Assembly (NCBI GenBank): GCA_023659865.1
Contig: JAGXON010000001.1
Coordinates: forward strand, 45,968 to 109,967
Direction of reading: 5' to 3'
From: Candidatus Diapherotrites archaeon LH_S9
GTDB taxonomy: Archaea > B1Sed10-29 > WALL01 > JAGXON01
DNA length: 64,000 bases
Shown in pieces: positions 9,392-19,178 of the stretch. The stretch's first letter is position 1. The number at the start of each line of letters is the position of its first letter. A model generated the notes under the pieces. It had not been told where the DNA came from. It saw only the letters and a program-made list of their open reading frames with translations, and searched no databases. The position numbers were made by a program, and so were the translations under genes.

Positions 9392-11233
9392 TTATCTTTC
9401 GAAGAATTCCTTTATCTCGCGGGCGGGGTCCTCGGCCTTTGTTAGCTGCATGTCTTTCGGGAAGCACTGGAGGTAGTTCTGCCACAAGTATCTTTTGTCC
9501 ATGAACATGACAGCTCCTTTGTCTGACTTGTTTCTTATTAGTCTACCGCTTGCTTGAATGGCTTTTATCATTGCGGGGAACAAGTAGCCGTAGCTCCAGC
9601 CTGCTCCAAATTTGTGTTCGTAGTAGTCGACCAGTGCCTGGGTTTCCAAATCCATTTCTTGTAAAGGGATTCCTACGACGACTACGCCCATCATTTCGGT
9701 TCCAGGGTAATCTATTCCCTCGGATAAAGATCCTCCTGCCACTGCCAGGAGCAGCGCGCCTTCATTGTGGTTTCTTTTGAATCTTCTGACGATTTCCTGG
9801 TTTTGCTCGGGCGTTGATCGTGGTTTCTGGACGAAAGTTTTTGAATCGACGTCAAGTCTCTTGCTTACTTCCTGTAGAACTGAGTAAGACGGGAAGAAGA
9901 TAGCAGTGTTGCCTGAGATAGCTCTAACTACTTGCTCCAGTTCTCCTGACATTTTGGAATACTCTTTTTCTCCTCTTTCAGAGTACCTGGTGGTCGTTGA
10001 ATCCGATATTATATTCATTCGATTGCTTTTTGGGAAAGGTGAAGAGTATTCTCGGGTCACGGCGCCCTGGAACCCCATTATGTCTTCGTACATTTTTTGC
10101 GGTGTCAGTGTTCCGCTCATGGCTATCACGGACCTTGCTCCTTTGATCACGGGCTTGATCGCTGGAGCTGGATCAAGGCATTTGTAGGACAGTGAGTACT
10201 TCCCAGGGTTCAGTGTAGTCATTATTCGGACGTGTTTGTCCGAGTCTTTCTGCCATTCTTCCATGAACTTCATTATTTTGAGGCAGGAGCTTTTGTCTCT
10301 GTTTGTAGCTTCTAGGTAGGTTTTTCCAGTTTCTTTGAGTTCGTTCAACTGGTTTTCCGAGAGCAGTGGAATGCTTTCCTTGCTGCAGAGTTTTTCTTTT
10401 CCATCCATCTCGTCTCCTTGGTTGTGGAAGTATCGGTTCAACCGCTCTAACGGTTTTTTAACGCTAGATCCTGTGACTTTTGCTTCGTTTAAAGCTCTTT
10501 TCAGCATGTAGCTGTTTAAGGTAACGCTCATAACTCTTCTTATTCTTTCTGGAGCGTTGTGTGCCTCGTCTATGATGACGATAGCGTCTTTCAGGTTTTT
10601 TCTTACTTTTGCTAGGAAAACGTCTCGCACTGTTGGTGAGAGAAGGTGGAAGTAGTCACATATTATTGCTTTCGAGTTGTTTGCTTCGAGTACGGTGTAT
10701 TCGTAGGGGCACATGTCGTGTTCTTTACATATTTTCTTTATTTTTTGGGCTCGTTCTATGTTGCTGGTTTTTTTCCTAATTTCTTGCCTGTTCTTTTTTG
10801 CGTCCAGTTTTTCTTTTTTGGTGAATCCTTTTGTTTTCGCGTAGTAATCGCATTCCTCGTTATCTCTTTTTCTTTTGCAGGCTTCGTAGAAGGATTCTGA
10901 GTCCGTGTCTTCGAGTATTTCGTCTGCGCACATGTGTTTTTTTCCGATGACGTCGGTTGCTTTGAATTTGAGGTCGTGTTTTTCTGAAAGTTTTTTTAGT
11001 TCGTTGACTGCTATTCTGTGTTGAGAGATTTTTGGCGTGAGAAAGAATATAGTGGAATTGTTTTCTGTGGCGTGCGTGATTGCTGGTCCGAGCACTGCGC
11101 TGGTTTTCCCTATTCCTGTGGGCGCGTGACAGATGAGGTTTCTTGAGTTTTCCATGCATTTGTACGCGTCTTTAAGTAGTTGTTCCTGGTGTTTTCTGGG
11201 TTGGTCGTGTGAGAAATAGGGTTTTTTCATATT
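9392..11233 (-). CDS. xpd: XPD/Rad3-family 5'-3' DNA helicase with FeS domain
   Basis: Walker A (APTGIGKT), DEAH box (IIDEAHN) and four Cys in the FeS insert are present, along with C-terminal helicase motifs. I placed the start at the internal Met at 11233. The upstream basic extension in the ORF track would overlap the neighbouring gene. Confidence 0.75.
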   Translation of the reverse strand, partial: NMKKPYFSHDQPRKHQEQLLKDAYKCMENSRNLICHAPTGIGKTSAVLGPAITHATENNSTIFFLTPKISQHRIAVNELKKLSEKHDLKFKATDVIGKKHMCADEILEDTDSESFYEACKRKRDNEECDYYAKTKGFTKKEKLDAKKNRQEIRKKTSNIERAQKIKKICKEHDMCPYEYTVLEANNSKAIICDYFHLLSPTVRDVFLAKVRKNLKDAIVIIDEAHNAPERIRRVMSVTLNSYMLKRALNEAKVTGSSVKKPLERLNRYFHNQGDEMDGKEKLCSKESIPLLSENQLNELKETGKTYLEATNRDKSSCLKIMKFMEEWQKDSDKHVRIMTTLNPGKYSLSYKCLDPAPAIKPVIKGARSVIAMSGTLTPQKMYEDIMGFQGAVTREYSSPFPKSNRMNIISDSTTTRYSERGEKEYSKMSGELEQVVRAISGNTAIFFPSYSVLQEVSKRLDVDSKTFVQKPRSTPEQNQEIVRRFKRNHNEGALLLAVAGGSLSEGIDYPGTEMMGVVVVGIPLQEMDLETQALVDYYEHKFGAGWSYGYLFPAMIKAIQASGRLIRNKSDKGAVMFMDKRYLWQNYLQCFPKDMQLTKAEDPAREIKEFFER

Positions 11234-11294
11234 CTTTCCTTTTCTTGGTTGATTTAAATAAGGTTGGGGCGTGTTTTTCCGAAGTTTCCGAAAG

Positions 11295-11873
11295 TTAGAC
11301 TGCTTCTTCAGTTTCTTCCGAATCAGGCTTAAAATCTTCGAGGCGGTCGTCGTTATCTTTGTCCGAAGCGTCAAAGTACCTTACAAGCCTGTAGTTAGAA
11401 ACCTCTCCTAGTTCAACATCTTTTTGGAAAGCATCAGCTATTTTTTCTCTTAATGTTTCTTCTCCGAATCGTTCAACAAGAGCTGAAGGACTGGTATTAG
11501 GTCCGTAAACACCTTTTAGTTCGTTTTCAAAGAGATTGTAATGTTCGTTAACAAAGTCCATCCTTATCTCTGCATTCGCCCACTTGTAGCCTTTTTCTTT
11601 CAGCACCTGCTTTAATTGCGGTCCAGTAAGCCTGAAAACGTCAGGATGAGCAAGTTTTCTTCTTACTTCCTCATCCCAGTTATCCACGTTCTCGAGTACG
11701 TCAACTTTTCTTTCAAAGAATCCTCTGTACCCTATTTCGGATCTTATTTCAGCTTTTTTCTTTTTTTCCTTCCTGGTCTCTTCTCCTAAAACGTCCATAG
11801 CTCTTCGCTTCTTTTCTGGTTTTCCTTCAAAAAGGTCTCTGTCTCCCAACAAATTCTTAAACCACTCGAACAT
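11295..11873 (-). CDS. Hypothetical protein (192 aa)
   Basis: ORF only. The protein is acidic and helical. Confidence 0.35.
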   Translation of the reverse strand: MFEWFKNLLGDRDLFEGKPEKKRRAMDVLGEETRKEKKKKAEIRSEIGYRGFFERKVDVLENVDNWDEEVRRKLAHPDVFRLTGPQLKQVLKEKGYKWANAEIRMDFVNEHYNLFENELKGVYGPNTSPSALVERFGEETLREKIADAFQKDVELGEVSNYRLVRYFDASDKDNDDRLEDFKPDSEETEEAV

Positions 11874-11975
11874 ACTAACATTTTTGTTTTAGAAGTTAAA
11901 AAACTTTATGTTTACGACAACCAAAAAACCGGGGAAAAAACGACGAACAAGAACGAAGAGACGAGGAGATCACTA

Positions 11976-13199
11976 CTAATCCTTGATGTACTTCAAGAGC
12001 GCTTCCCTGCTACGGAAGTCCTTGAGTAACGTGCTTTTTTTCTCCCACTCTTTTCCTAACTCGCTTTCTTTCCGAACGTGACCCAGAGCCTGCTTAAGCG
12101 TGTCTGCTTCAAAATCCGGTTCTTTCATCGCGTTCCGAACGTTTTCTCGAACCTGCCAAACACCAACCGGGCACCAGTAATCCGGAGTTATCTCCCGGTA
12201 AACAATTGCTCCAGCCTGTCTCCGCATATCGCGCAGTTTTTCAGTAACCGCTACTCTTGCAGCGTAGTAACCACCAGTCACCTCGTCAGCGTAGTTAGTG
12301 CGCCCGTCATACCTCTCGAAATCCGTTTTGAACACGGGCTCAGCGTCTTCAGAAACCCATATGTTGCCAGGAACATACGTTTCAATCACTTCAAAACCCC
12401 ATTTGCCAGGGAACAGAATCACAAAGAACTTGTTCCCCCACTTCTCCGAAGAAAAAACCATGTAGTCATTAACTTCCTTAAAGTCACGGACCTCTTTCGT
12501 CATCTCTTTGCTAGCGATGTCGTCAGTGGCCGTGATGCTCCAGCGAGTTGGAACCAGTTTCCTGTTCTGTCTTTCGCCGAGCAATCCAACACTGAATATT
12601 TTGGAGATTTTGCTCACGGGAACGTCGTTGCTTGAAAGTTCTTGAACTCCTTTAACTGCCTTCAAGTCATCGTCGGAAACAATTTTATCAACTTTTCTGG
12701 GCACTGACGGGTTCTCCGTTAACTTGAAATCGCTCAAGCTGCCTGAAGGCCCGTAAGGCGGGGAAACGTCGCTGAAGTTAGTGGAAAGTAAGGGTTTTTT
12801 CCTGAAATGAGTTTCAGTGTCCACAGGATCTTTGCTCATGGCCACTTCCTGTAAAGAAACCAGGTCGTACGATGGATCTGGAGCTGTTTCGACTTCCATT
12901 CCTTTTTTTCCGCGAGCCAGGTCGTATCTCATTCCAACCAGTTCGTTGAGGTTGAAGTCTCCCCATTGTTCAGGCGCGTCCAGGATGTCGGGCTGTCCTG
13001 AGTAAGCTATCATTGGTCCGGAAAAGACTTTTGGGTAACCTATTCGGCCGATGAATACTGATGGGGCTCCAGCGAACAAGTCTTTCTTTATCTTGTCTGA
13101 TTTTTTCTTGGCTTGTCTTTTTTTCTGTATGAGTGGGCACTTGCTTTTCCCGCAGAGCATTTTCGTGCCTTTGCACCTGACGCAATCGTAGTTCTTCAT
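11976..13199 (-). CDS. nreA: NreA-like DNA repair protein (archaeal Nre family, DUF650/DUF651)
   Basis: The N-terminal Zn motif (CVRCKGTKMLCGKSKCP), FAGAPSVFIGRIGYPKV and the overall ~400 aa length match the Nre family. Confidence 0.55.
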   Translation of the reverse strand: MKNYDCVRCKGTKMLCGKSKCPLIQKKRQAKKKSDKIKKDLFAGAPSVFIGRIGYPKVFSGPMIAYSGQPDILDAPEQWGDFNLNELVGMRYDLARGKKGMEVETAPDPSYDLVSLQEVAMSKDPVDTETHFRKKPLLSTNFSDVSPPYGPSGSLSDFKLTENPSVPRKVDKIVSDDDLKAVKGVQELSSNDVPVSKISKIFSVGLLGERQNRKLVPTRWSITATDDIASKEMTKEVRDFKEVNDYMVFSSEKWGNKFFVILFPGKWGFEVIETYVPGNIWVSEDAEPVFKTDFERYDGRTNYADEVTGGYYAARVAVTEKLRDMRRQAGAIVYREITPDYWCPVGVWQVRENVRNAMKEPDFEADTLKQALGHVRKESELGKEWEKKSTLLKDFRSREALLKYIKD

Positions 13200-13259
13200 C
13201 CACTAGTTTTTGGTTCTCGAAAACTTTAAATGTTGTCAGGAGCATGAAATTGAGGGAAG

Positions 13260-14000
13260 ATGGTTAAGATAAATAAGACTGCTAAAGGAAACTTAGGTAT
13301 TTTTTTCCCGGATGAAGTCGTTAAAGAGCTTGGATTAACCGAGAAAGATGAAGTGGAAGTGGAAGTAGTTCACGGAGATGTTGCAGTCCTTTACCCGAAA
13401 GGAAAGACCTCTAGAAAGAAAGGAACAAAGAAGAGCAAGACAAAGAAAGGTGGGAAAGTCATCCAGAAACTGAAGTCGATTCCTTTCTCTCAAAGAACTA
13501 AGGAAAGAGTCGAGAAAGACCTTTCGAAAAAACAGTTAAATAAATTAAAGAATCTGGAGCAGCAGGGAGCAATCAATTTCTACAAGAAAGGGAAGTACGA
13601 AGACAAAGGCGTTTACAGCATCAGTCAAGAGTACTTCGGCCAGCAAGCTAGTGAAGGAAAAAGTAGCGGGATCAAGGAAGAGATCGCTGAAAAAGGTTAC
13701 GTCAAGATTTCGAACAAGAAAAAGATCGGGCAAGCGATCCGAAGCCTTAAGCCTGAAGTGAAGAACGGGAAGATAATCACGGTCAAGGACTTCAAGAAAA
13801 ATCTTTACGCTGTCAAGAACGAGTTGGTTGAGGACCTAGGGAGCAAGATAATCGCTCAGATCGAGAACGGTAACAATGAACTGGAAGAGATACAGAAGAA
13901 CGTTGACGAAGATCCAGGCCTCTGTAAAGCCATCACCGAAATATTGAGAGAATCAGGGGATTTGATTGAAAAAAGAGAGCACGAGTACGAACTGGCCTGA
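13260..14000 (+). CDS. Protein with an N-terminal AbrB/SpoVT-like swapped-hairpin domain and a Lys-rich linker
   Basis: The N-terminus (MVKINKTAKGNLGIFFPDEVVKELGLTEKDEVEVEV) resembles SpoVT/AbrB/PhoU-N DNA-binding folds. Confidence 0.4.
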   Translation: MVKINKTAKGNLGIFFPDEVVKELGLTEKDEVEVEVVHGDVAVLYPKGKTSRKKGTKKSKTKKGGKVIQKLKSIPFSQRTKERVEKDLSKKQLNKLKNLEQQGAINFYKKGKYEDKGVYSISQEYFGQQASEGKSSGIKEEIAEKGYVKISNKKKIGQAIRSLKPEVKNGKIITVKDFKKNLYAVKNELVEDLGSKIIAQIENGNNELEEIQKNVDEDPGLCKAITEILRESGDLIEKREHEYELA

Positions 14001-14391
14001 AAAAGAAGAAGGGAAGACAAACTGGGTTCTAATCCCGATGCTCACAGGTAAAGAGGAACAGGAAAGGTTCTTGAGCAAGGTCAGTGAAAAGAATTCGCGT
14101 GTAGTGCTGGCGAACGTCATTGATTCCACGAGAACTAATTTAAGCCCTCAGGAGCTTGAAGGAAGTATTCAGGAAAAAGATAAAGCTATGGAGGAGGCTG
14201 CGGAATTTCTTAGGATGAAGCGAGTGAACGTTAGCACGGCGGAAGAATGGGGTAAGTTTCCTCAGAAGCTCGTGAATATTTTCAAGAAAGAAGAGCTGGA
14301 TCAAGTTATTGTCTTGAACGACGGAAGAGAAGAAACAGAGCAGAAGATCAAGGAACTTAAGTCAACGGAATTGCCAGTGAAAGTTATATAG
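13966..14391 (+). CDS. Hypothetical protein, possibly USP-like
   Basis: ORF only. The start may be the internal Met at 14038, which avoids overlap with the upstream gene. Confidence 0.3.
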   Translation: MKKESTSTNWPEKEEGKTNWVLIPMLTGKEEQERFLSKVSEKNSRVVLANVIDSTRTNLSPQELEGSIQEKDKAMEEAAEFLRMKRVNVSTAEEWGKFPQKLVNIFKKEELDQVIVLNDGREETEQKIKELKSTELPVKVI

Positions 14392-14448
14392 ATTTCTTCC
14401 TCAAATCCATTGTTAGGCGATAGTGCGAGAAGATATAGTGAACATACT

Positions 14449-15264
14449 TTAATTATTTTTAATCTCAATTGTTTTTCCTACTCCGTATTCTATAAAATTT
14501 TCTTTGTATTCTTCTGCAAACGCCTCTCTAACTGGATCGCCTGTGCAATGAGATGGTGCAACTTTTTTTACTCCAAGTTCTCTAAACTTTTTAACCACAG
14601 CTATAGGGGGATGATGGAAACCTCCCATAACAAGATATGCCTCGTCTTCCTTCATCAAGTCTCTGGCTTTTTTAACAATATTTACAACTCCAGGATGAGC
14701 ACAGCCAGTAATAACTATCAATCCCTTTTCTGAATCTATAATTAGAGATTGCTCTTTTGGAGGCCCATAAAGCTCTCCAGTGGTATAAACAGAATCAGAA
14801 ATTTTTCTAGGGCCAGAAACATCTACAAATTTAGCTCCTTGGCTGGTTATCATATCTCTGATCGAATTAGGAAAAGAACCTGGGATGAATACGGTAACGT
14901 TACTATTTTTCTCTAAAAATCCTTCTAATCCCCCTACGTGATCTTCATGGATATGAGAAATAACTACTTTATTAATTGATTTGGGATCTATATCCTTCTT
15001 CTCTATATTGAAAAGTAAAGTTTCTGCATCTCCTCCAGTATCAAACAATATTAGTTCTTCAGAGGTTTTTATCACGCATCCGAAACCCCAGGCAGTTTTC
15101 AGAGCAGGATCTACTTGGTAGTTATCGTAAACCGAGACTAAGGTTGCTTCAGATATCTCTTTTTTTTCTGGTTCGATATGGATTTCTGGGGAAGTTGCTT
15201 TTTTGGTCTGAATTAAATACCAACTTCCTATTCCTGCTAAGACCAAGATCCCAACTAAAATCAA
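14449..15264 (-). CDS. Metallo-beta-lactamase-fold hydrolase (COG1237-like) with an N-terminal TM/signal
   Basis: The HIHEDHVGG metal-binding motif and a downstream His/Asp are present. It is a tandem paralog of 15287-15928. Confidence 0.65.
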   Translation of the reverse strand: MILVGILVLAGIGSWYLIQTKKATSPEIHIEPEKKEISEATLVSVYDNYQVDPALKTAWGFGCVIKTSEELILFDTGGDAETLLFNIEKKDIDPKSINKVVISHIHEDHVGGLEGFLEKNSNVTVFIPGSFPNSIRDMITSQGAKFVDVSGPRKISDSVYTTGELYGPPKEQSLIIDSEKGLIVITGCAHPGVVNIVKKARDLMKEDEAYLVMGGFHHPPIAVVKKFRELGVKKVAPSHCTGDPVREAFAEEYKENFIEYGVGKTIEIKNN

Positions 15265-15286
15265 GGTTTTGAAATTTTTGTTCGTA

Positions 15287-15928
15287 TTACTCGTCCTCCT
15301 TTATTACTCTTCCTGCTCCTCCTTCAACATATCTCTCTGGAGAAAGAGACTTTATCCCCGACTTATATTGAGTACAATGGGTTGGACAAATCAAATCCAA
15401 GTCCTCCAAAGATTCAGGCCTAGTTCCATGCAAGCCTCCTATAATACCGTAAACCTTGCCAAATTGAGAGGCTACTTGTAGAATATGTGTCATTCTTGGA
15501 TGCGAGCATCCAACTATAACTACAATCCCTTTCTTTGTTTCAATACAGAGCGACTGCTCTATTCCTTCTAACTCGCCTGTGGAGTAAATTCCTTCGTAGA
15601 GCTCTCTGGGGTTTTCTACTTCAATGACTTCTCTTACATTTTTAACCCCTGGAAAAGAAGGAGGAATCCAAACTTTAACTTCGTTATTCACGTTAAGGAA
15701 AGCTGATAAACCTCCAACATGATCAAAATGAGGGTGAGAAATAAATATTTCATGAATTTCTTTAGGATTAATTCCGAGCTTTTGCATATTAGAAAGCAAA
15801 ATATCCCCATTTGCTCCTGTATCAAAGAGTATTTTCCTTCCGTTAGTTTCCACTAGAGCAGAAAAGCCCCAATCAGCTTGAAGGCTTTTTCTATAAGCAG
15901 TATTATCATAAATAATGGTGATTTTCAT
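15287..15928 (-). CDS. Metallo-beta-lactamase-fold hydrolase (COG1237-like), cytoplasmic paralog
   Basis: HPHFDHVGG motif is present, and the architecture is similar to the adjacent gene. Confidence 0.65.
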   Translation of the reverse strand: MKITIIYDNTAYRKSLQADWGFSALVETNGRKILFDTGANGDILLSNMQKLGINPKEIHEIFISHPHFDHVGGLSAFLNVNNEVKVWIPPSFPGVKNVREVIEVENPRELYEGIYSTGELEGIEQSLCIETKKGIVVIVGCSHPRMTHILQVASQFGKVYGIIGGLHGTRPESLEDLDLICPTHCTQYKSGIKSLSPERYVEGGAGRVIKEDE

Positions 15929-16508
15929 TTTTACTACTTAATTTAGTAAGTGTTCATTACTATTTAAGGGGGGGGATCGCTGTATCTTCATCCACACGGA
16001 TGAAGTCTTAGCGACCTCTAGAAGAGGTAAACTCTGCCAATAGTCGCTCGTAGTTCACGATTGCGTATAACGTTCTCAGTGTAAAAGAAGCTCGGCGTAA
16101 GCCGGATTTGAACGAAGCGTAGCCGTTTACACAGCGTTATATGACCTGAATGGTAAGGTTGCAAAGCAACTGCAGTGTTCCGAACCCCGTAAATGTTATT
16201 TTAATCTTTTTTCTTCATATACTTACTGCCTTTAATCTTTTAACTAACTTTTCTGCCTCTGTTTTTGCTCTAACGCTTTCAGGAGGTTTTCCTTTTAGCC
16301 AGGATAAAGAAATGAGGGATACGGCTACAAAGATCTAGGAGTGTTAGAAAAAAAGACAAAAGCAGACCTAAAGACAAAGGAATTAAATCCGAAAAACTAG
16401 AAGAAAAAAGAAGAAGAAAAAAGAAACAAGACGCATTCTAGACTCCTCTTCTTCGCCTCAATATCGTAATCTTCTTTCTTCGTCATCAAACACACAAAAA
16501 GAAACTAG

Positions 16509-17063
16509 TTAACCCCTGTCCCGAAGTTCTTTGAAGTCCTCGAGCAAAACATCTTTCTTGCTTGGATCGTAAGCCACGACAGCCGGATGAAACATTGGGA
16601 TTATTGAAAGACTTCCAGAAAGCCTGTTCACCTGAAAACGTTTTCCGTGAACCCTGCTGATTTTCTCGTTTCCCAGATTATATTTTTCAAGCAAGTACTC
16701 GGTAGCAAAACGCCCGAGAGGAACCAGCACCTCTGGATCAATTTCCTTAATCTGCTGATCCAAGTAAGGTGAACAAGCCTTAATCTCTTTCAAAGTCGGG
16801 TCACGGTTCTTTGAAGGCCTGCACTTCACAACGTTAGTGATGTAAACATCTTCTCTAGAAAAATCAATAGATTCAAGAAGTTCGTCGAGCACGGAACCAG
16901 CTCTTCCAACGAAAGGAAGCCCTTGCTCGTCCTCGTTCCGGCCAGGAGCTTCTCCAACGAACATTATGTTTGCGTTTTCGTCTCCGGCTCCAGGCACTGC
17001 GTTAGTTCTTTTCTCGCTCAACTGGCATCTCGTGCAGTTCAAGATCTCTTCATCCAATTCCAT
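16509..17063 (-). CDS. udg: Uracil-DNA glycosylase, family 4
   Basis: CxxC plus GEAPG and HPA motifs are present (GEAPGRNEDEQGLPFVGRAG ... HPAVV). I placed the start at MELDEE. Confidence 0.8.
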   Translation of the reverse strand: MELDEEILNCTRCQLSEKRTNAVPGAGDENANIMFVGEAPGRNEDEQGLPFVGRAGSVLDELLESIDFSREDVYITNVVKCRPSKNRDPTLKEIKACSPYLDQQIKEIDPEVLVPLGRFATEYLLEKYNLGNEKISRVHGKRFQVNRLSGSLSIIPMFHPAVVAYDPSKKDVLLEDFKELRDRG

Positions 17064-17528
17064 GAAACAACTTTTATTCAAACGAGTTAAATAAACTTGC
17101 ACCAAAAACTTAATACTACCGGCGCTTTCATCCCACAGCTAAAGCAATGGGATTTCCCGCAGTGGTACTAAAAATGTGGGATAAATCCGTTTCTATATAG
17201 TCATGTTTACCTTGAGATGTATGAAAGCCGAAAATCATCAAATAAATAAAATAGGTTAACGCTATTGGTGAATTAGGAGTTTACCAATGATATGGGAAAA
17301 TACTCACAGCTAATGGATGAACACAGCAACAGACGCGCAGGAAAAATACTGAACTACCTAAAGTTCACAATCTGTCCTTCCCAGTTAAACTTCCTTGTGT
17401 TTAAGAAGCAGAGTTAGACGAATAACCGCTAGACGGGGTAGTTGTTGTGCACTCAATTAACAAAGCTATTATGACGATTGAAAGTAAAACCGATATTTTC
17501 ACCTATTTTTTAGACAACACTAGTATCA

Positions 17529-17969
17529 TTAATTTTGTGTCAAAACTTTTAAAGAAATCCCTGTTATTAAAGCATAGAATACAAATATCGCCCACAATTC
17601 AAATAACCATGGGTCTGTTAACAACTTAGTTATTGCTGAAACAAATGCAAAACCAGTTAAAATTCCAGTTGACACTCTCAACCAATTAAAACTCCAATTA
17701 TTGAATTTATGAGAACAAATCCAATCGCATAGTATGGGAAAAGGGAGTACTGCAATAACCCAGATTGGGATGACAGCACCGGTAACAGAAAAAAATAATC
17801 CGGGGACTATTCCCAGATATATACCCAAACAACGAGCACAAATGAATATGTCACATACTTGGATACATTTATAGTATTCCTTTGGTTCATGATGGGAAAG
17901 AAGATAACGTTTAGACTCAATTATCGCGTTGTAGACTTCTTTAAATGTATGTTCAATAGAAGAAGCCAC
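17529..17969 (-). CDS. Multi-pass membrane protein with CxxC motif
   Basis: Four predicted TM segments and a CARC motif. Confidence 0.35.
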   Translation of the reverse strand: MASSIEHTFKEVYNAIIESKRYLLSHHEPKEYYKCIQVCDIFICARCLGIYLGIVPGLFFSVTGAVIPIWVIAVLPFPILCDWICSHKFNNWSFNWLRVSTGILTGFAFVSAITKLLTDPWLFELWAIFVFYALITGISLKVLTQN

Positions 17970-17977
17970 CCTTTCAA

Positions 17978-18403
17978 CTACTTTTCAACATACTTCTTTT
18001 GGAACTCTTCATCTGAAGCAAATAGATAGATTATCCCTTCAACAAATCCGACTATAGTTGGAATCCCAGTCCAACAGAAACATAGATATATGATACCTAA
18101 GGCATTTTTCCCTAAATAGAATTTGTGTATACCTAAACTACCCAATAAGATTCCTAAAATTCCTGCAGTCATTCTATCTTTTTGTGAGGAAGCAAACTTT
18201 TGTCTTTGTGAGGAAGCAGACTTTTGTCTTACGCCGCATTTTGGGCATATTTCAGCTTCTTTTTTGATTATCTCTCCACAACTTTTACAAAAACATTCGT
18301 CCGCTGCCGGTTCTGCTGATGCCATAAGTATCAAATATATAAAAACATTGCAGTTTATAAATGTTTTGAGGTGGGGAGTGCTATTTCTAACCTTTTTTTG
18401 CAT
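17978..18403 (-). CDS. Zinc-ribbon plus TM2-domain membrane protein
   Basis: CKSCGE...CPKCG is followed by a TM2-like GILGILLGSLGIHKFYLGK pair of helices. Confidence 0.45.
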   Translation of the reverse strand: MQKKVRNSTPHLKTFINCNVFIYLILMASAEPAADECFCKSCGEIIKKEAEICPKCGVRQKSASSQRQKFASSQKDRMTAGILGILLGSLGIHKFYLGKNALGIIYLCFCWTGIPTIVGFVEGIIYLFASDEEFQKKYVEK

Positions 18404-18973
18404 AAATATTGTGTATGCCTGAGGAACGGAAAGATGTCAAGACCACGAGGAAAGAGCGGGAAAATACATCCACTCTCCAGAAATAAGCGAGAAAACAAGG
18501 GAAAAGGAGAAATGGCTCGATTTGAACCCAGTTTCTCACTGGAAAGAAATTCAAAACACCATTACGGCGCTCTGCACTACGAAAAATGGAAAGCCTTCAA
18601 AAAATACGTTGAAGACTTCGGAAACCTTGAAGAATACCCCCCAACGCACGTGGTACTATGGGAACTTCCTCGTGTACGCCACGTCACTTGAAGTAGCCGA
18701 AGAAGTGCTAAAAGAAATGGAAAACGTCTTCACAGAACCAACTGAAGGATCAACAGTATACGCAGACGGAAACGTCCAACACTATCACACAGTAGGATTC
18801 TCTAGCTCCCTATCCCCTTCCTAATAAGCCAGAGGTGTTTTGTGGGTGAAGAAGCTGTTTGCTCCAGAGGAGGAATGAGCCGCTGATGCTGGGAAGCAAG
18901 GAGGTCCTGCTGCCAGAGTACATGCCGTTAGAGGCAATCGGCAGGTTCAATAAAATAGAAGAAATAGCGAACG

Positions 18974-19036
18974 CTTAACTTTCACCAATGACTGTGAGTT
19001 AAGGATATTGAGTGCGCAGGGCTCGGCAAAAAGAGC
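18974..19036 (+). pseudogene. Approximately 63-bp degenerate copy of an internal segment of the terminase large-subunit gene (matches 20055-20117)
   Basis: The two segments are about 87% identical by eye. The copy translates to RLTFTNDCELRILSAQG, flanked by stops. Confidence 0.6.
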
Positions 19037-19178
19037 TCAGTGAACGCGGCGGATGCCAGGGGTTTAAAAAGAAAGGACTGGATAATAAGTATAGGTACGT
19101 AATTCTAAAAGATTTAGAGACCAAGAAAACAAAAAAATTACTTTAAGAAGAGATAATGAAAATTAATCAAAAAAATTA

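Noticed and set aside
12078-12635. 185-aa plus-strand ORF
   Set aside because: It is antisense within the NreA-like gene and has no features.
16090-16125. T-loop-like GTTCAAATCC on the minus strand, considered as a tRNA
   Set aside because: No acceptor, D or anticodon arm can be built around it. It is better explained as part of a stem-loop in the candidate ncRNA.
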